NCBI GenBank assembly: GCA_041937175.2
Contig: CP166615.1
Coordinates: 576,001-640,000, forward strand
From: Limnothrix sp. BL-A-16
GTDB taxonomy: Bacteria > Cyanobacteriota > Cyanobacteriia > CACIAM-69d
Length of the DNA: 64,000 nucleotides
Direction of reading: 5' to 3'
Part shown: positions 39,568 through 48,965 of the stretch, one piece after another
Numbering within the stretch: the stretch's first letter is position 1
Layout of the letters: each line of letters opens with the position of its first letter
Translations under genes and position numbers: made by a program
Notes under the pieces: model-generated
What the model saw: only the letters and a program-made list of their open reading frames with translations
The model's database searches: none
What the model was told of the DNA's origin: nothing

Positions 39568-39859
39568 AGGCACTCCTCGTTGATTTCTATTGATATTTTC
39601 TGAATCTCTGTTGATCTGAATCTCTATCGATCGCCAATGTTGATCGCCAATGTCTATTTTCTGATGTCTGTTCGATTTTTTCGCAATACTTGCAATGCCC
39701 GCCATTATTGCAATGAGTCATTTTAGTGGCTGGCTGGACGATTCCAGAGGGCGGCGATCGCCGGATTTGAGAACCAAGACTGATCAATTAGGACGAATCG
39801 ATCGATTCGTCCAAAGGCATAGGGGATAGAGGGCCGTGCAGCGATCGCTAGGGGCATGA

Positions 39860-40600
39860 TTAAGCCCGATCGCTCCCGCGAATGGCAGCAATGCCCGCAA
39901 AAATTACCGTGGGATCATGATGCACCGCCGCCCCCAGATCGGGATCGATCGCCCGTAAATACCGCAAAATGGTCGGCCCATCGCCGCCGGTCAGCACCAC
40001 CGCCCCCCTGGGATAGCGCGATCGCCAATCCCGAATCCAGGCTTGCACCAGGGTCGTCACCCCGTGGGCCACGCCGCTGGCGATCGCCCCCACCGAATCC
40101 TGCGCCCACAGTTCCGGCAATTGCTCAGGCGGTGACACGATCGGGAGGGCGGCCGTTTTTTCCGTCAAGCTACGCAGTTGCAGGCCCAGCCCTGGCGCGA
40201 TCGCCCCGCCGATCAGTTGCCGGTTTGGATCCACCGCCGTCAGGGTCATGGCCGTGCCACCGTCGATTACCACCGCCGGGAAACCATAGCGCCGCCCGGC
40301 CCCGAATGCGGCCAAGGCCCGATCGACCCCCAAGGTTCCATAGAGTCCCCCGATCGGGATATCGGCCAAGGTGATCATGTGCCAGTCGGTTTGATCGCGC
40401 CATCGATCGAGCGCCCCCGGAACCACGGACGCGGCCCAGACCAAACGCCCTTGGGCCAGGTCATCGACGGGTGGTTGGGGATCGTCCCAGGTGCGATCGA
40501 GCCGATCGCCCGTCCACTCGCCCCAGTGCCAGCGCGAATTGCCCACCATCAGCGATCGCCAGCGATCGGCCGCATTGTCGATCGTACCCATGGCCATCAA
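39860..40600 (-). CDS. coaX: Type III pantothenate kinase
   Basis: GNSRWHW, ASVVP, LGVDR, VIDGGTAMT, GGAI.PG, TGGD. Confidence 0.9.
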   Translation of the reverse strand: MMAMGTIDNAADRWRSLMVGNSRWHWGEWTGDRLDRTWDDPQPPVDDLAQGRLVWAASVVPGALDRWRDQTDWHMITLADIPIGGLYGTLGVDRALAAFGAGRRYGFPAVVIDGGTAMTLTAVDPNRQLIGGAIAPGLGLQLRSLTEKTAALPIVSPPEQLPELWAQDSVGAIASGVAHGVTTLVQAWIRDWRSRYPRGAVVLTGGDGPTILRYLRAIDPDLGAAVHHDPTVIFAGIAAIRGSDRA

Positions 40601-40740
40601 GGGAGCTACATTGAGGGAACGGGTTCAAGCTGAAACAACCAATCTTCCCCGCTCAACCGCCCCAGACAAGGGGCTTAAGCCCCTTGCCCTCACGATCACG
40701 CAACGCAGGAATCAGATTTTATGGGTTTGATAACAGGCCC
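40601..40740 (-). mobile_element. Diverged MITE copy (family of 57972-58113)
   Basis: Contains the palindrome at 40667-40686 and ends tgataacaggccc|ta, like the family terminal repeat. Confidence 0.6.
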
Positions 40741-40750
40741 TAACGATCGC

Positions 40751-41755
40751 TTAAAACTGGCGCAGGAACCGCAGATCGCTGGCATATACCCGGCGGATAT
40801 CGTCAATTTGGTGCAAGACCATCGCGAACCGCTCCACACCAAACCCCGCCGCAAAACCAGAATAGACTTCCGGATCGAGACCCGCCGCCTTCAGCACATT
40901 GGGATCCACCATGCCGCAGCCCAAAACCTCCAGCCAGCGCCCCTTCCACTTCACATCCACTTCCGCTGAGGGTTCCGTGAACGGGAAATAGCTGGCGCGG
41001 AACCGGATTTCTACTTCGCCAAAAATTTCGCCCAGGAAGGTTTCGATCGTCCCCTTCATATCCGTGAAGGTCAGTCCCTCATCGATCGCCAATAGCTCAA
41101 TTTGGTGGAACACCGCCGCATGGGTTGCATCCACCTGGTCGCGCCGATAGACCCGTCCGGGCGCAACGACTCGGATTGGCGGCTCGTGTTCTTCCATGTA
41201 GCGGATTTGCACCGACGAGGTATGCGTCCGCAGCAGGTTGCCATCGGGCAAATAGAACGTGTCCGCCATGTCCCGCGCGGGGTGATCGGCGGGCGTGTTT
41301 AGGGCCTCGAAGTTGTAATAGTCCGTTTCCATTTCGGGGCCATCGGCCACCGTGTAACCCAAGCCAACGCAGATATCGACTACTCGGTCGATCGTGCTGG
41401 CGAGGGGATGCTTGCGGCCCAGGGGGCGATAGGTTCCCGGCGCGGTCACATCCAAGGTTTCCGCATCCAGCCGGGCCCGAATGGCGGCCGCTTGCAGGTC
41501 TGCCCGTCGGCGATCGAGCAGGTCTTGCACCGCGTCTTTCACTTCGTTGGCCTTGGCTCCAATCCGCGGCCGATCTTCGGCGGGCAGCTTGCCCATGCCC
41601 CCCAGCACGGCGGAGATTTTGCCTTTTTTGCCCAGGAAGGCAACGCGCAACTGCTCGATCGCGTCGAGGTCAGGGGCTTGGCCGATCGCGCCTTGGGCTT
41701 CGGCTTGCAGTTGGCTCAGTTGGGCTTCGAGGTCGCTGACCTGGGTGGCAGTCAT
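40751..41755 (-). CDS. pheS: Phenylalanine-tRNA ligase alpha subunit
   Basis: [41 protein letters not shown]. Confidence 0.97.
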   Translation of the reverse strand: MTATQVSDLEAQLSQLQAEAQGAIGQAPDLDAIEQLRVAFLGKKGKISAVLGGMGKLPAEDRPRIGAKANEVKDAVQDLLDRRRADLQAAAIRARLDAETLDVTAPGTYRPLGRKHPLASTIDRVVDICVGLGYTVADGPEMETDYYNFEALNTPADHPARDMADTFYLPDGNLLRTHTSSVQIRYMEEHEPPIRVVAPGRVYRRDQVDATHAAVFHQIELLAIDEGLTFTDMKGTIETFLGEIFGEVEIRFRASYFPFTEPSAEVDVKWKGRWLEVLGCGMVDPNVLKAAGLDPEVYSGFAAGFGVERFAMVLHQIDDIRRVYASDLRFLRQF

Positions 41756-41921
41756 GGCTGAAAACAATTGAGAAAGGCGGCATGGAGTGGGTTTAATGAA
41801 TTCGCCGAATGCGCCAAAAAATCGCAAAGCAATCGGCTGAAATCATCACCCATTCCATCAAAGGATAGAGCATCGGGCGATCGCCCGCTTGTTTTCTGGC
41901 CTAAGATCCTGGCCTTAGGAT

Positions 41922-42542
41922 TTGGTTAATTTAATGATGAGCGAACCTCAAACGGTTGAGACCAGCTATCTGAGCCAGACAAGCCAGCGCCAAACCCCGA
42001 ATTCTCCGGCGAATCCCCTGGCGATCGGGCTGTTGGGTTTGTTGGTGACCGGTGGACTGCTCGGCGGGGCGATCGGAATTTTGAACTTAGCCGTCCCCCA
42101 GGCGATCGCCCAAACCCGCCCCAGCCAGCCCAGCGCCCCCAACGTCCTCAATATTTTGCGCGGGTTGCCCCAACCAACCACTGCTCCCGCCAACCGGCCC
42201 GCCATCTTTGCGGCCAATGCCTACGGCCAGCAAAGCCTGAACTTCCAGAGCAAATCCAACGCAGAAGCCGCCATCCAGTTCTATCGCCAAGCCCTTGGCC
42301 GCCTGGGCTACACCGAACGCACCATCAACACCACGATCGGGCAATGGGGGTTCAGCATTGTTTTTGACCCGCCGGCCAGCTTGGGCCTCAAACCCAGCAG
42401 CACCGCCCCGCGCAACACCCTGGAAGTGGGCGACCAAGTGACGGTTCAAGGCAGTGGCAGCCCCTCGGTGGTCTTGGTGTTGCAGGGAACCATGCTCTCT
42501 CCTGACACCATGAACACCAACATTCGCTTTGAGGAAATTTAG
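41922..42542 (+). CDS. Hypothetical secreted/membrane protein
   Basis: Hydrophobic segment plus an AIA-Q signal-like site; C-terminal NIRFEEI. Confidence 0.6.
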   Translation: MVNLMMSEPQTVETSYLSQTSQRQTPNSPANPLAIGLLGLLVTGGLLGGAIGILNLAVPQAIAQTRPSQPSAPNVLNILRGLPQPTTAPANRPAIFAANAYGQQSLNFQSKSNAEAAIQFYRQALGRLGYTERTINTTIGQWGFSIVFDPPASLGLKPSSTAPRNTLEVGDQVTVQGSGSPSVVLVLQGTMLSPDTMNTNIRFEEI

Positions 42543-42668
42543 AGGGCGATCGGCCCTGTCAACAAGCGCAGTCTGCATTGATGGGGATCAGGACTGACCG
42601 CCTTGGAGCCAGGGTCGCCAAGCGCAACGCCCAAACGTCAACGCCCGAAAATTAACCCGAGAAAGTTA

Positions 42669-42807
42669 GGGAGCGTCGCCATTTTGCGAGGTGGTGCTGA
42701 AACGGTTGATCTTCCGCGCCCTAATCGTTGTCACAAGGGGTAAGTCCCTTGTCTGCGTCGATCACCGGGGCGTACAGAGTAGCCATTTTGGCTTTTCAGG
42801 CATCCTC
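42669..42807. mobile_element. Chimeric MITE (inner-family left half joined to outer-family right half)
   Basis: The left part aligns to the reverse complement of about 58030-58113 and the right part to about 58215-58275; the junction is a degenerate palindrome. Confidence 0.6.
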
Positions 42808-43338
42808 TTAGCGATCGCCCACCCGTTGGTCATCCACGGCCCCAAAAATCGCCTCAGGATGAACATAGTGCTTAAATTCCAGCAAATTATGGAACGGATC
42901 GGCTAAAAATGCCGTGTAATGCTCCAATTGCTCCCCAGGAAACCGACGGCGCGGGGGCTGCTCAAAGGTGAGTTGTTTGGCCTCAGCTCGATCGATCAAG
43001 GTCTGCCAGTCGGCCAAGGCCGCAAACACCAACCCAAAATGGCGTGGATAGATCCCCTTTTGCGGTTGGCAGGCCCCAGGACTCACGTGGGCCACGATTT
43101 GGTTGCCATAGCAATTCAAAATCAGCGAGTTGGGCCCCTCGCGTCCAGCGGTGCAACCCAGCCCATCAATATAAAAGGCCTTGGTTTGGGCCAGGTTGGC
43201 AACTGGAAAAGCCAAGTGAAACAGGGCGATCGCCCGGGGACTTTCGGAACCGAAGGGTTGACCCGTGGGAGTTACTTCCAAATTTGCGGGAATCGCTACA
43301 GTCCCGGTTGCTGAAGTTATCGCTGTTGAAGTGATCAT
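42808..43338 (-). CDS. VOC/glyoxalase family protein
   Basis: FHLAFPV...FY...LGC..GR; GNQIVAH; PRHFGL; DPFHNLLEFK. Confidence 0.85.
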   Translation of the reverse strand: MITSTAITSATGTVAIPANLEVTPTGQPFGSESPRAIALFHLAFPVANLAQTKAFYIDGLGCTAGREGPNSLILNCYGNQIVAHVSPGACQPQKGIYPRHFGLVFAALADWQTLIDRAEAKQLTFEQPPRRRFPGEQLEHYTAFLADPFHNLLEFKHYVHPEAIFGAVDDQRVGDR

Positions 43339-43429
43339 GATGAGAACGGTTTAGAGAAATGGCCAAAGCCAGAGGGAACCACCATCCACCTGATAGCATG
43401 GCAGGAGAGGTCTGAAGGAAAAGGTTGCC

Positions 43430-44233
43430 GTGGATTTCAGCGCGATCGCAACGCCAATCACCCAGCAAGCAACCCAACACCCTTGGCTCACGGCCGCGGT
43501 GCTGAACACGCTGCTGCTCACCCTAGTGGCGATCGCCCCCAAAAAACTGCTCACACCGGCCGGCATTGTCCATGCTTGGATTTTGGGTGTGTTGGTGTGG
43601 GGTTGCATGGGCTGGCCGGGCTATGCCGTGGTGGGGTTCTATTTTTTGGCGGGGTCGGCCGTCACTCGGGTGGGTTTGGCCCGCAAGGAAGCCGCTGGCA
43701 TTGCCGAGAAACGATCGGGCGCAAGGGGCCCGGAAAACGTTTGGGGATCGGCCCTTGGCGGGGCCCTTTGTGCCGGGGCGATCGGGCTGTTATCGTTGAT
43801 GCCGGATCAGGCGATCGCCCAAACCTGGCTCCCCCTTCTGAGTTTGGCCTATGCCGCCAGCTTCAGCGCCAAACTCTCCGACACCTGCGCCAGTGAAATT
43901 GGCAAAGCCTATGGCCGGCGAACCTTTTCGGTGATTTCCTTTCAGCCCGTGCCGCCGGGAACCGAAGGAGCCGTCAGCCTGGAAGGAACCCTGGCCGGTT
44001 TGGCCGCCTCGATCGCCCAAGCCCTTGTGGCCTGGGGTGTGGGCTTAATTTCTCCCTTCGGAATTTTGGGATGCGCGATCGCTGCATTCCTGGCTACAAC
44101 AGTGGAAAGTATTGTGGGCGCGACTTGGCAGGAGCAGCAGCCATGGTTAACAAACGAAGTCGTGAACGGTCTGCAAACCCTGCTGGCGGCCCTGCTGGCG
44201 ATCGCGATCGGGTGGCCGACGATCAGCCCCTAG
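43430..44233 (+). CDS. DUF92/TIGR00297 membrane protein (VTE6-like)
   Basis: GIAEKRSGARGPENVWGS, KLSDTCASEIGK, PGTEGAVSLEGT. Confidence 0.85.
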   Translation: MDFSAIATPITQQATQHPWLTAAVLNTLLLTLVAIAPKKLLTPAGIVHAWILGVLVWGCMGWPGYAVVGFYFLAGSAVTRVGLARKEAAGIAEKRSGARGPENVWGSALGGALCAGAIGLLSLMPDQAIAQTWLPLLSLAYAASFSAKLSDTCASEIGKAYGRRTFSVISFQPVPPGTEGAVSLEGTLAGLAASIAQALVAWGVGLISPFGILGCAIAAFLATTVESIVGATWQEQQPWLTNEVVNGLQTLLAALLAIAIGWPTISP

Positions 44234-45168
44234 ACTCGCCCGCCGACCCCAACCCCCGCAGCCTTGGGGCCACGGCCCAAGCCGCGATCGAAAAGCATTG
44301 GGCCAAGGCCGGCCGCCACGAAGCCGCCGTCCTCAAAGATCAGGATCCCGAAGAGTTGCATCAAATGCGTGTGGCCCTGCGACGGCTGCGATCGGCCATG
44401 GTGGGTTTTGCCTCGGCCATTGAGCTGCCCAAACGGGCCAGCGAGCGGGCCGTGGGTCAAGTGGCCAGAATTTTGGGGGAACTGCGCGATTTGGACGTGA
44501 TGGACGAAACCTTGCGCGATCGCTACCTCCAAAACCTACCCCCGGAAGAACAGCCCCTTTTGCAAACGGTTCGCGAAGAGCTGGCCGGCCAGCGCCAAAA
44601 AGCCTTCGGTCGTGTCAGCAAAACCCTACAAAAACGCGAATGGCCCGCCATCAACACGGCCCTTGGGCGTTGGATTGCCCAGCCGCGCCTGCGGCCCGCC
44701 GCCGATTGGCCCGCCGTGGTGGTGGTTCCCGATTTGCTGTTGCCCATTTTGTCCCACTGGTTAATGCATCCCGGCTGGTTGGTGCAAACCGAGGGGCGAT
44801 CGGTCACGGATCTTTCGTTGTTGGAGTGGGCGGTGATCCATGACCTGCGCAAGGTGGCCAAACGGGTGCGCTATCAAATGGCCCTTTTCACCGATTTCTA
44901 TGGCAGTGAATACGAGCGATTGCTCGACGCGATTGGCGATATCCAAACCGTGTTAGGCGATTTGCAAGATATCGCCGTGCTGGAAAACTTTTTGGTAAAA
45001 ACGATCGGGATTCAGTGGGCCACCGATGCGCCCGCCTGGGCTGGTTTGCTGGAGCAACAGCGCGATCGGGCTTGGGAAAACTGGCTGAAGCTCCAGGAGC
45101 AGTTCGATCGCCCCAATCAACGGGAACGGATCCGAGACGTGGTGAATCGCCCCCACCTCAACTCCTAG
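44143..45168 (+). CDS. CHAD domain protein
   Basis: DPEELHQMRVALRRLRS, LGELRDLDV, HDLRK..KR.RY, LGDLQD; GGAG precedes the ATG at 44143 (start uncertain). Confidence 0.85.
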   Translation: MVNKRSRERSANPAGGPAGDRDRVADDQPLDSPADPNPRSLGATAQAAIEKHWAKAGRHEAAVLKDQDPEELHQMRVALRRLRSAMVGFASAIELPKRASERAVGQVARILGELRDLDVMDETLRDRYLQNLPPEEQPLLQTVREELAGQRQKAFGRVSKTLQKREWPAINTALGRWIAQPRLRPAADWPAVVVVPDLLLPILSHWLMHPGWLVQTEGRSVTDLSLLEWAVIHDLRKVAKRVRYQMALFTDFYGSEYERLLDAIGDIQTVLGDLQDIAVLENFLVKTIGIQWATDAPAWAGLLEQQRDRAWENWLKLQEQFDRPNQRERIRDVVNRPHLNS

Positions 45169-45339
45169 AGGATGTCTGAGCAGTTCCCGACCAACGCATC
45201 AGGTCACCGGATCAGCACCACCTGCTCACTCATCAACTCACGGCTACCGCTTCCTTGGGCTATCCTCCACCATGCCACGCAAGTCATGTAGTCCAGTGAG
45301 TCATCTTTCTCAAGGATTCTTCTGCAAGGATTTGAAGTT

Positions 45340-45461
45340 TTGTGGTCAAGTATTTTATAAAATCTTTAAAAAGAGAAACACAAAAGTAAACATCAAGGAT
45401 TGACGTTTGACAGGTCATAGGGACAGCTCTAAGGTGTGTTTAACCTCCGTCTGAATTTTGT
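45340..45461 (+). promoter_or_regulatory. AT-rich putative promoter of the cas operon
   Basis: Sharp AT-rich tract with TTGAC motifs upstream of cas5; position only. Confidence 0.4.
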
Positions 45462-46103
45462 ATGAAAATTCGCCTTTGGGGAGAGCGGGCATTATTTGCC
45501 ATTCCCGCCTATAAGGTTGAAGCGCGTTCTTATCCCATTCCACCACCAACCGCCATTGAAGGGCTGCTGCGAAATCTCTATTGGCATCCGGGTTTTGAGT
45601 GGCGCTTGAATCGAATTGCAGTTAATTGCCCGATCGTCTATGAATCCGTAACCCGAAACATGGTGCAGGACATTGCACCCAGCCAAGAAACCCTGGCAGC
45701 GGGCAAGCGCTACACCATCGAAGACGATCGCACCCAGCGCACCCTATCGCTGTTGCGCAACGTGGACTACACAATCGACTGTGCCCTTTGGCATCCTGAG
45801 CCGATCAAGCAATCGCGCGGCAACCGAATCACGATCGAGCGCCTGCAAAGGGGCCAGCATTGGGCCCAGCCCTATCTGGGCCAGCGGGAATTTACGGCCC
45901 ATTTGGCCTTGCTGCCGCCAGACACCAAGTTGCGGGGCCACCCGACCCTGGGCCGTGAAATGTTGTTGCCTGTTATGCCCCGAGCAATTCGGTTTACCCC
46001 AAAAGGCACAACGGTTGAGTGGTTCCAGCCCACCTTGCGCGACGGCGTTTTGGATCTACGGAACTCTGAGCGACAGGAGAGCAGTGATGCTACAGGAACT
46101 TGA
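45462..46103 (+). CDS. cas5: CRISPR-associated Cas5 (type I-C, Cas5d-like)
   Basis: WGERALF..P.YKVE..SYPIPPPTAIEG...YWHP; QR...LRNVDY.I; PYLGQREF. Confidence 0.88.
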   Translation: MKIRLWGERALFAIPAYKVEARSYPIPPPTAIEGLLRNLYWHPGFEWRLNRIAVNCPIVYESVTRNMVQDIAPSQETLAAGKRYTIEDDRTQRTLSLLRNVDYTIDCALWHPEPIKQSRGNRITIERLQRGQHWAQPYLGQREFTAHLALLPPDTKLRGHPTLGREMLLPVMPRAIRFTPKGTTVEWFQPTLRDGVLDLRNSERQESSDATGT

Positions 46104-47859
46104 CCAGCTCGCCAATTACCTAGAGACACCCGCAGTTCAGGGAGGGCTGCCCCCGATCGGGTACGAAAGCGCCACCGTGGAATTCGCGATCGACCTGAAC
46201 AACAGTTCAATTGTGCCCCTGTATCAAGAACCCGACCCCAAACGCAAATCCACAACCCAACAACTGGGGCGGCGGGTTCTCACCACCATCCGGCTCAGCA
46301 ACCATGCTCCAGCCCTACTGGATGACAAGTTGAAATACATCCTGGGGACGGGTTCCAATGGCCCCAAATGTCAACCGAAGTATCGTGAACTCTTGGGGTT
46401 GTTGCTGTCCAGTGCCGATCCCCCGTTTCCGTGGGCCCCGGCTATTCAGCAGTTGTTGGATTGTCCCCAACTAGCCGAAGCGGCCGCAATCCAAACAGGC
46501 TTGCCCTTGGCAGAGGTCGCCGACAAGCGCTGCCGCTTGCTGTGGGACGGTGAGCCGGTGGTCAACGATCCACAGGTGCGTATTTGGTGGCGCAATCACG
46601 TGCTGGAGAGGGACGGGGGACAGCAGGGGAACTGTTCCATTACTGGACAAACGGGATTAATCGTTAGCAAAACAATCCCAGCAACAGTTAAAGGCATTCC
46701 CGGCGCACAGCTCTCGGGAGCCAAACTGAGTTGCTTTGACAAGCCATCGATGTGTTCTTGGGGGCTTCAGCAAAACGCTAATGCTCCCTTGCTGGCCTCA
46801 GTGGGATTACGCAGTCATGCGGCCTTGCAAGTTCTGATTGAGGACAAGAACCACCACGCCAAACTCGGCAATCAGCTCTGGGTGTTTTGGGGCACGGAAG
46901 GCGAAGGCATCAAGGAAGAAATGTGGCAGGAGCAACCTGCGGGAGCTATGTGGCGCGACCCATCAGCATTCACCCAAATCATTGGGGCTTTTGATGACGC
47001 GACCAAATCGGGCACGCTGCCCCCCCGCAAGCTAGACCGGCCCTTCTTTCTGGCATCCCTGAGGGCCCATGGCGCAAGGATTGCAATCACCCGTTGGGAA
47101 ACCACCACCATTCGCCACATGGTGGATCGGCTGCAATGGTTTCGATCGGCCCAATGTCCGCATCAACGTTGGCGGCCCTTGGCCCTGTGGCAACTCCGGC
47201 AAGTGGCTTTTCACAAAGCACCCAAGCCCCCGGAAACCGCCTACATCGATGATGCACTGCTGGCCTGTGCGCTACAAAACGCCCCCTTACCCGATCAATA
47301 TGCCCAGCGGCTTTTGGATCGGCTTTGTGCAGAAGGCGACCTGGAAACCTACTGGAATCCCAAAAAAGTGGCTTGGGTTTTGCTCCAGCGGATCCAAGCA
47401 CTGGCCCTATACCTGGCATCTCGCAACATCAACATTCCTATGGACAATCAATCGTTACCGTTTGCTTTGGGGCAAGCCTGTTTTTGGATGGCCCAGGCCC
47501 AAGCCCGGGCCCAAAAGCGTCCCTTGGCAGCGACCAATGTGGTGCAAGCGCTGCGAGGAATTTTGCAGTCACCTTCCCGAGTTGCTGGGTTGTTCCCGAA
47601 TTTTTTCAACCATTTGAAAGAACTGGGATCTGTCCATGATCTTTACCTGGAGCGATTTTCACGGGCGATCGCCGCAACGGGTACAACGGGCGACTGTTTC
47701 CCCGAGAGTTTTTCCGTGGAAGACCAGGCTTTGTTCATGGTGGGGTTTGCCATGGCCTGTGCGGACAACGCGGAAAACCGCCACGCGGCCGCCCAGAAAA
47801 AACAAGCGGCCCAAGCTGAGATCGCTGACGACTCTGAAATTTTTGATCTGGAGGATTAA
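46087..47859 (+). CDS. cas8c: Type I-C large subunit Cas8c/Csd1 (divergent)
   Basis: MLQEL start; D..KYILG; CSITG; IKG.PGAQ..GAKL.CFDK....SWG..Q..NAP; C-terminal Q..F..G; lies between cas5 and cas7. Confidence 0.8.
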   Translation: MLQELDQLANYLETPAVQGGLPPIGYESATVEFAIDLNNSSIVPLYQEPDPKRKSTTQQLGRRVLTTIRLSNHAPALLDDKLKYILGTGSNGPKCQPKYRELLGLLLSSADPPFPWAPAIQQLLDCPQLAEAAAIQTGLPLAEVADKRCRLLWDGEPVVNDPQVRIWWRNHVLERDGGQQGNCSITGQTGLIVSKTIPATVKGIPGAQLSGAKLSCFDKPSMCSWGLQQNANAPLLASVGLRSHAALQVLIEDKNHHAKLGNQLWVFWGTEGEGIKEEMWQEQPAGAMWRDPSAFTQIIGAFDDATKSGTLPPRKLDRPFFLASLRAHGARIAITRWETTTIRHMVDRLQWFRSAQCPHQRWRPLALWQLRQVAFHKAPKPPETAYIDDALLACALQNAPLPDQYAQRLLDRLCAEGDLETYWNPKKVAWVLLQRIQALALYLASRNINIPMDNQSLPFALGQACFWMAQAQARAQKRPLAATNVVQALRGILQSPSRVAGLFPNFFNHLKELGSVHDLYLERFSRAIAATGTTGDCFPESFSVEDQALFMVGFAMACADNAENRHAAAQKKQAAQAEIADDSEIFDLED

Positions 47860-47862
47860 GCC

Positions 47863-48750
47863 ATGAGTCAAGACACTGAAATGCACTTGGATCCAACTTT
47901 ACGCCACGATGCGGTGTTGCTGTTTGACTGTGAACGGGGAAATCCGAATGGCGACCCAGACGCAGATAATCAACCCCGCATTGATCCCTACTCGGGGCGC
48001 GGGTTGGTGAGCGATGCTTGCGTGAAGCGGAAGCTGCGCGATTACGTGGCGATGGTGGCCAGCGATCGCCCTGAATACAAAATCCTGATTGAGCAGGGTG
48101 CGGTCATCAACAACCAGATTGAGCGCGGCTATATCGAGAGCGGGGCCGAAACCAGCGGTTCCAAAAAACCCAAGGAAAATTCCCCAGAACACAGGGCCCA
48201 ACAAGACCAGGTACGAGACTGGTTTCGTAAGAATTTCTTTGATGTGCGGATGTTTGGGGCGGTGTTGTCCACGGGGCGCAAGGTGGGTCAGGTGTTCGGG
48301 CCGGTGCAGGTGGCTTGGGCCATGTCTCAGGATCCAATTCGACCGTTGCGATCGACCCTAACGCGCTGTGCGGCCACGGAGGAAAAGGATGGTAAGGAAA
48401 ACAAAACCATGGGGGCGAAGTGGCTGTTGCCCTATGCGCTCTATCGCACGGAGGTGACCTACAACCCCTATCGCGATCGGGCGAGTGAGTATGTGACGAG
48501 GGAGGATTTGCAATTTCTGTGGGATGGATTGTTGCGGGCCTGGGATTTTGATCGTTCGGCGGCACGGGGCACGATGGCCTGTCGAGGGTTGTATATCTTC
48601 ACGCACCGGGCAAAGTTTGGGAATGCACCGGCCCATCAGCTTTTTGAGTCGGTGACGGTGACTCGCGTGGCGGACAAACCCCTATCGTTTCGGGATTATG
48701 CGGTGCAGGTGAGTGAACCACCGGAGGGGGTGAAGTTGACGGCGCTATGA
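47863..48750 (+). CDS. cas7: Type I-C Cas7/Csd2
   Basis: FDCERGNPNGDPD..N.PR.D, SDACVKRK.RDY, FFDVRMFGAV, TMGAK, GNAPAH.LF. Confidence 0.93.
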   Translation: MSQDTEMHLDPTLRHDAVLLFDCERGNPNGDPDADNQPRIDPYSGRGLVSDACVKRKLRDYVAMVASDRPEYKILIEQGAVINNQIERGYIESGAETSGSKKPKENSPEHRAQQDQVRDWFRKNFFDVRMFGAVLSTGRKVGQVFGPVQVAWAMSQDPIRPLRSTLTRCAATEEKDGKENKTMGAKWLLPYALYRTEVTYNPYRDRASEYVTREDLQFLWDGLLRAWDFDRSAARGTMACRGLYIFTHRAKFGNAPAHQLFESVTVTRVADKPLSFRDYAVQVSEPPEGVKLTAL

Positions 48751-48965
48751 GCGCGAAGGGGAAGTGCTGTTTTTGGGTGATCGCCTGAATCCCAAGCGGA
48801 ACAACGAGTTCAGGGCAATTTCTGAAATTTCGGTTCGCGATTCTTGCGCTGTCTGAGTTTGGGCGCTGAATCGCTGGTTCAGTTGCCTGGTTTTGACCTG
48901 GTTTGGCTGGGATCGCGAATCGTGCCTCTCAACTACTGATGTTGCAAGACTTTGGAAGCCAAGCA
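48751..48965 (+). promoter_or_regulatory. CRISPR leader
   Basis: 215-bp non-coding stretch between the cas7 stop and the first repeat, on the 5' side of repeats ending in ATTGAAAC. Confidence 0.7.
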
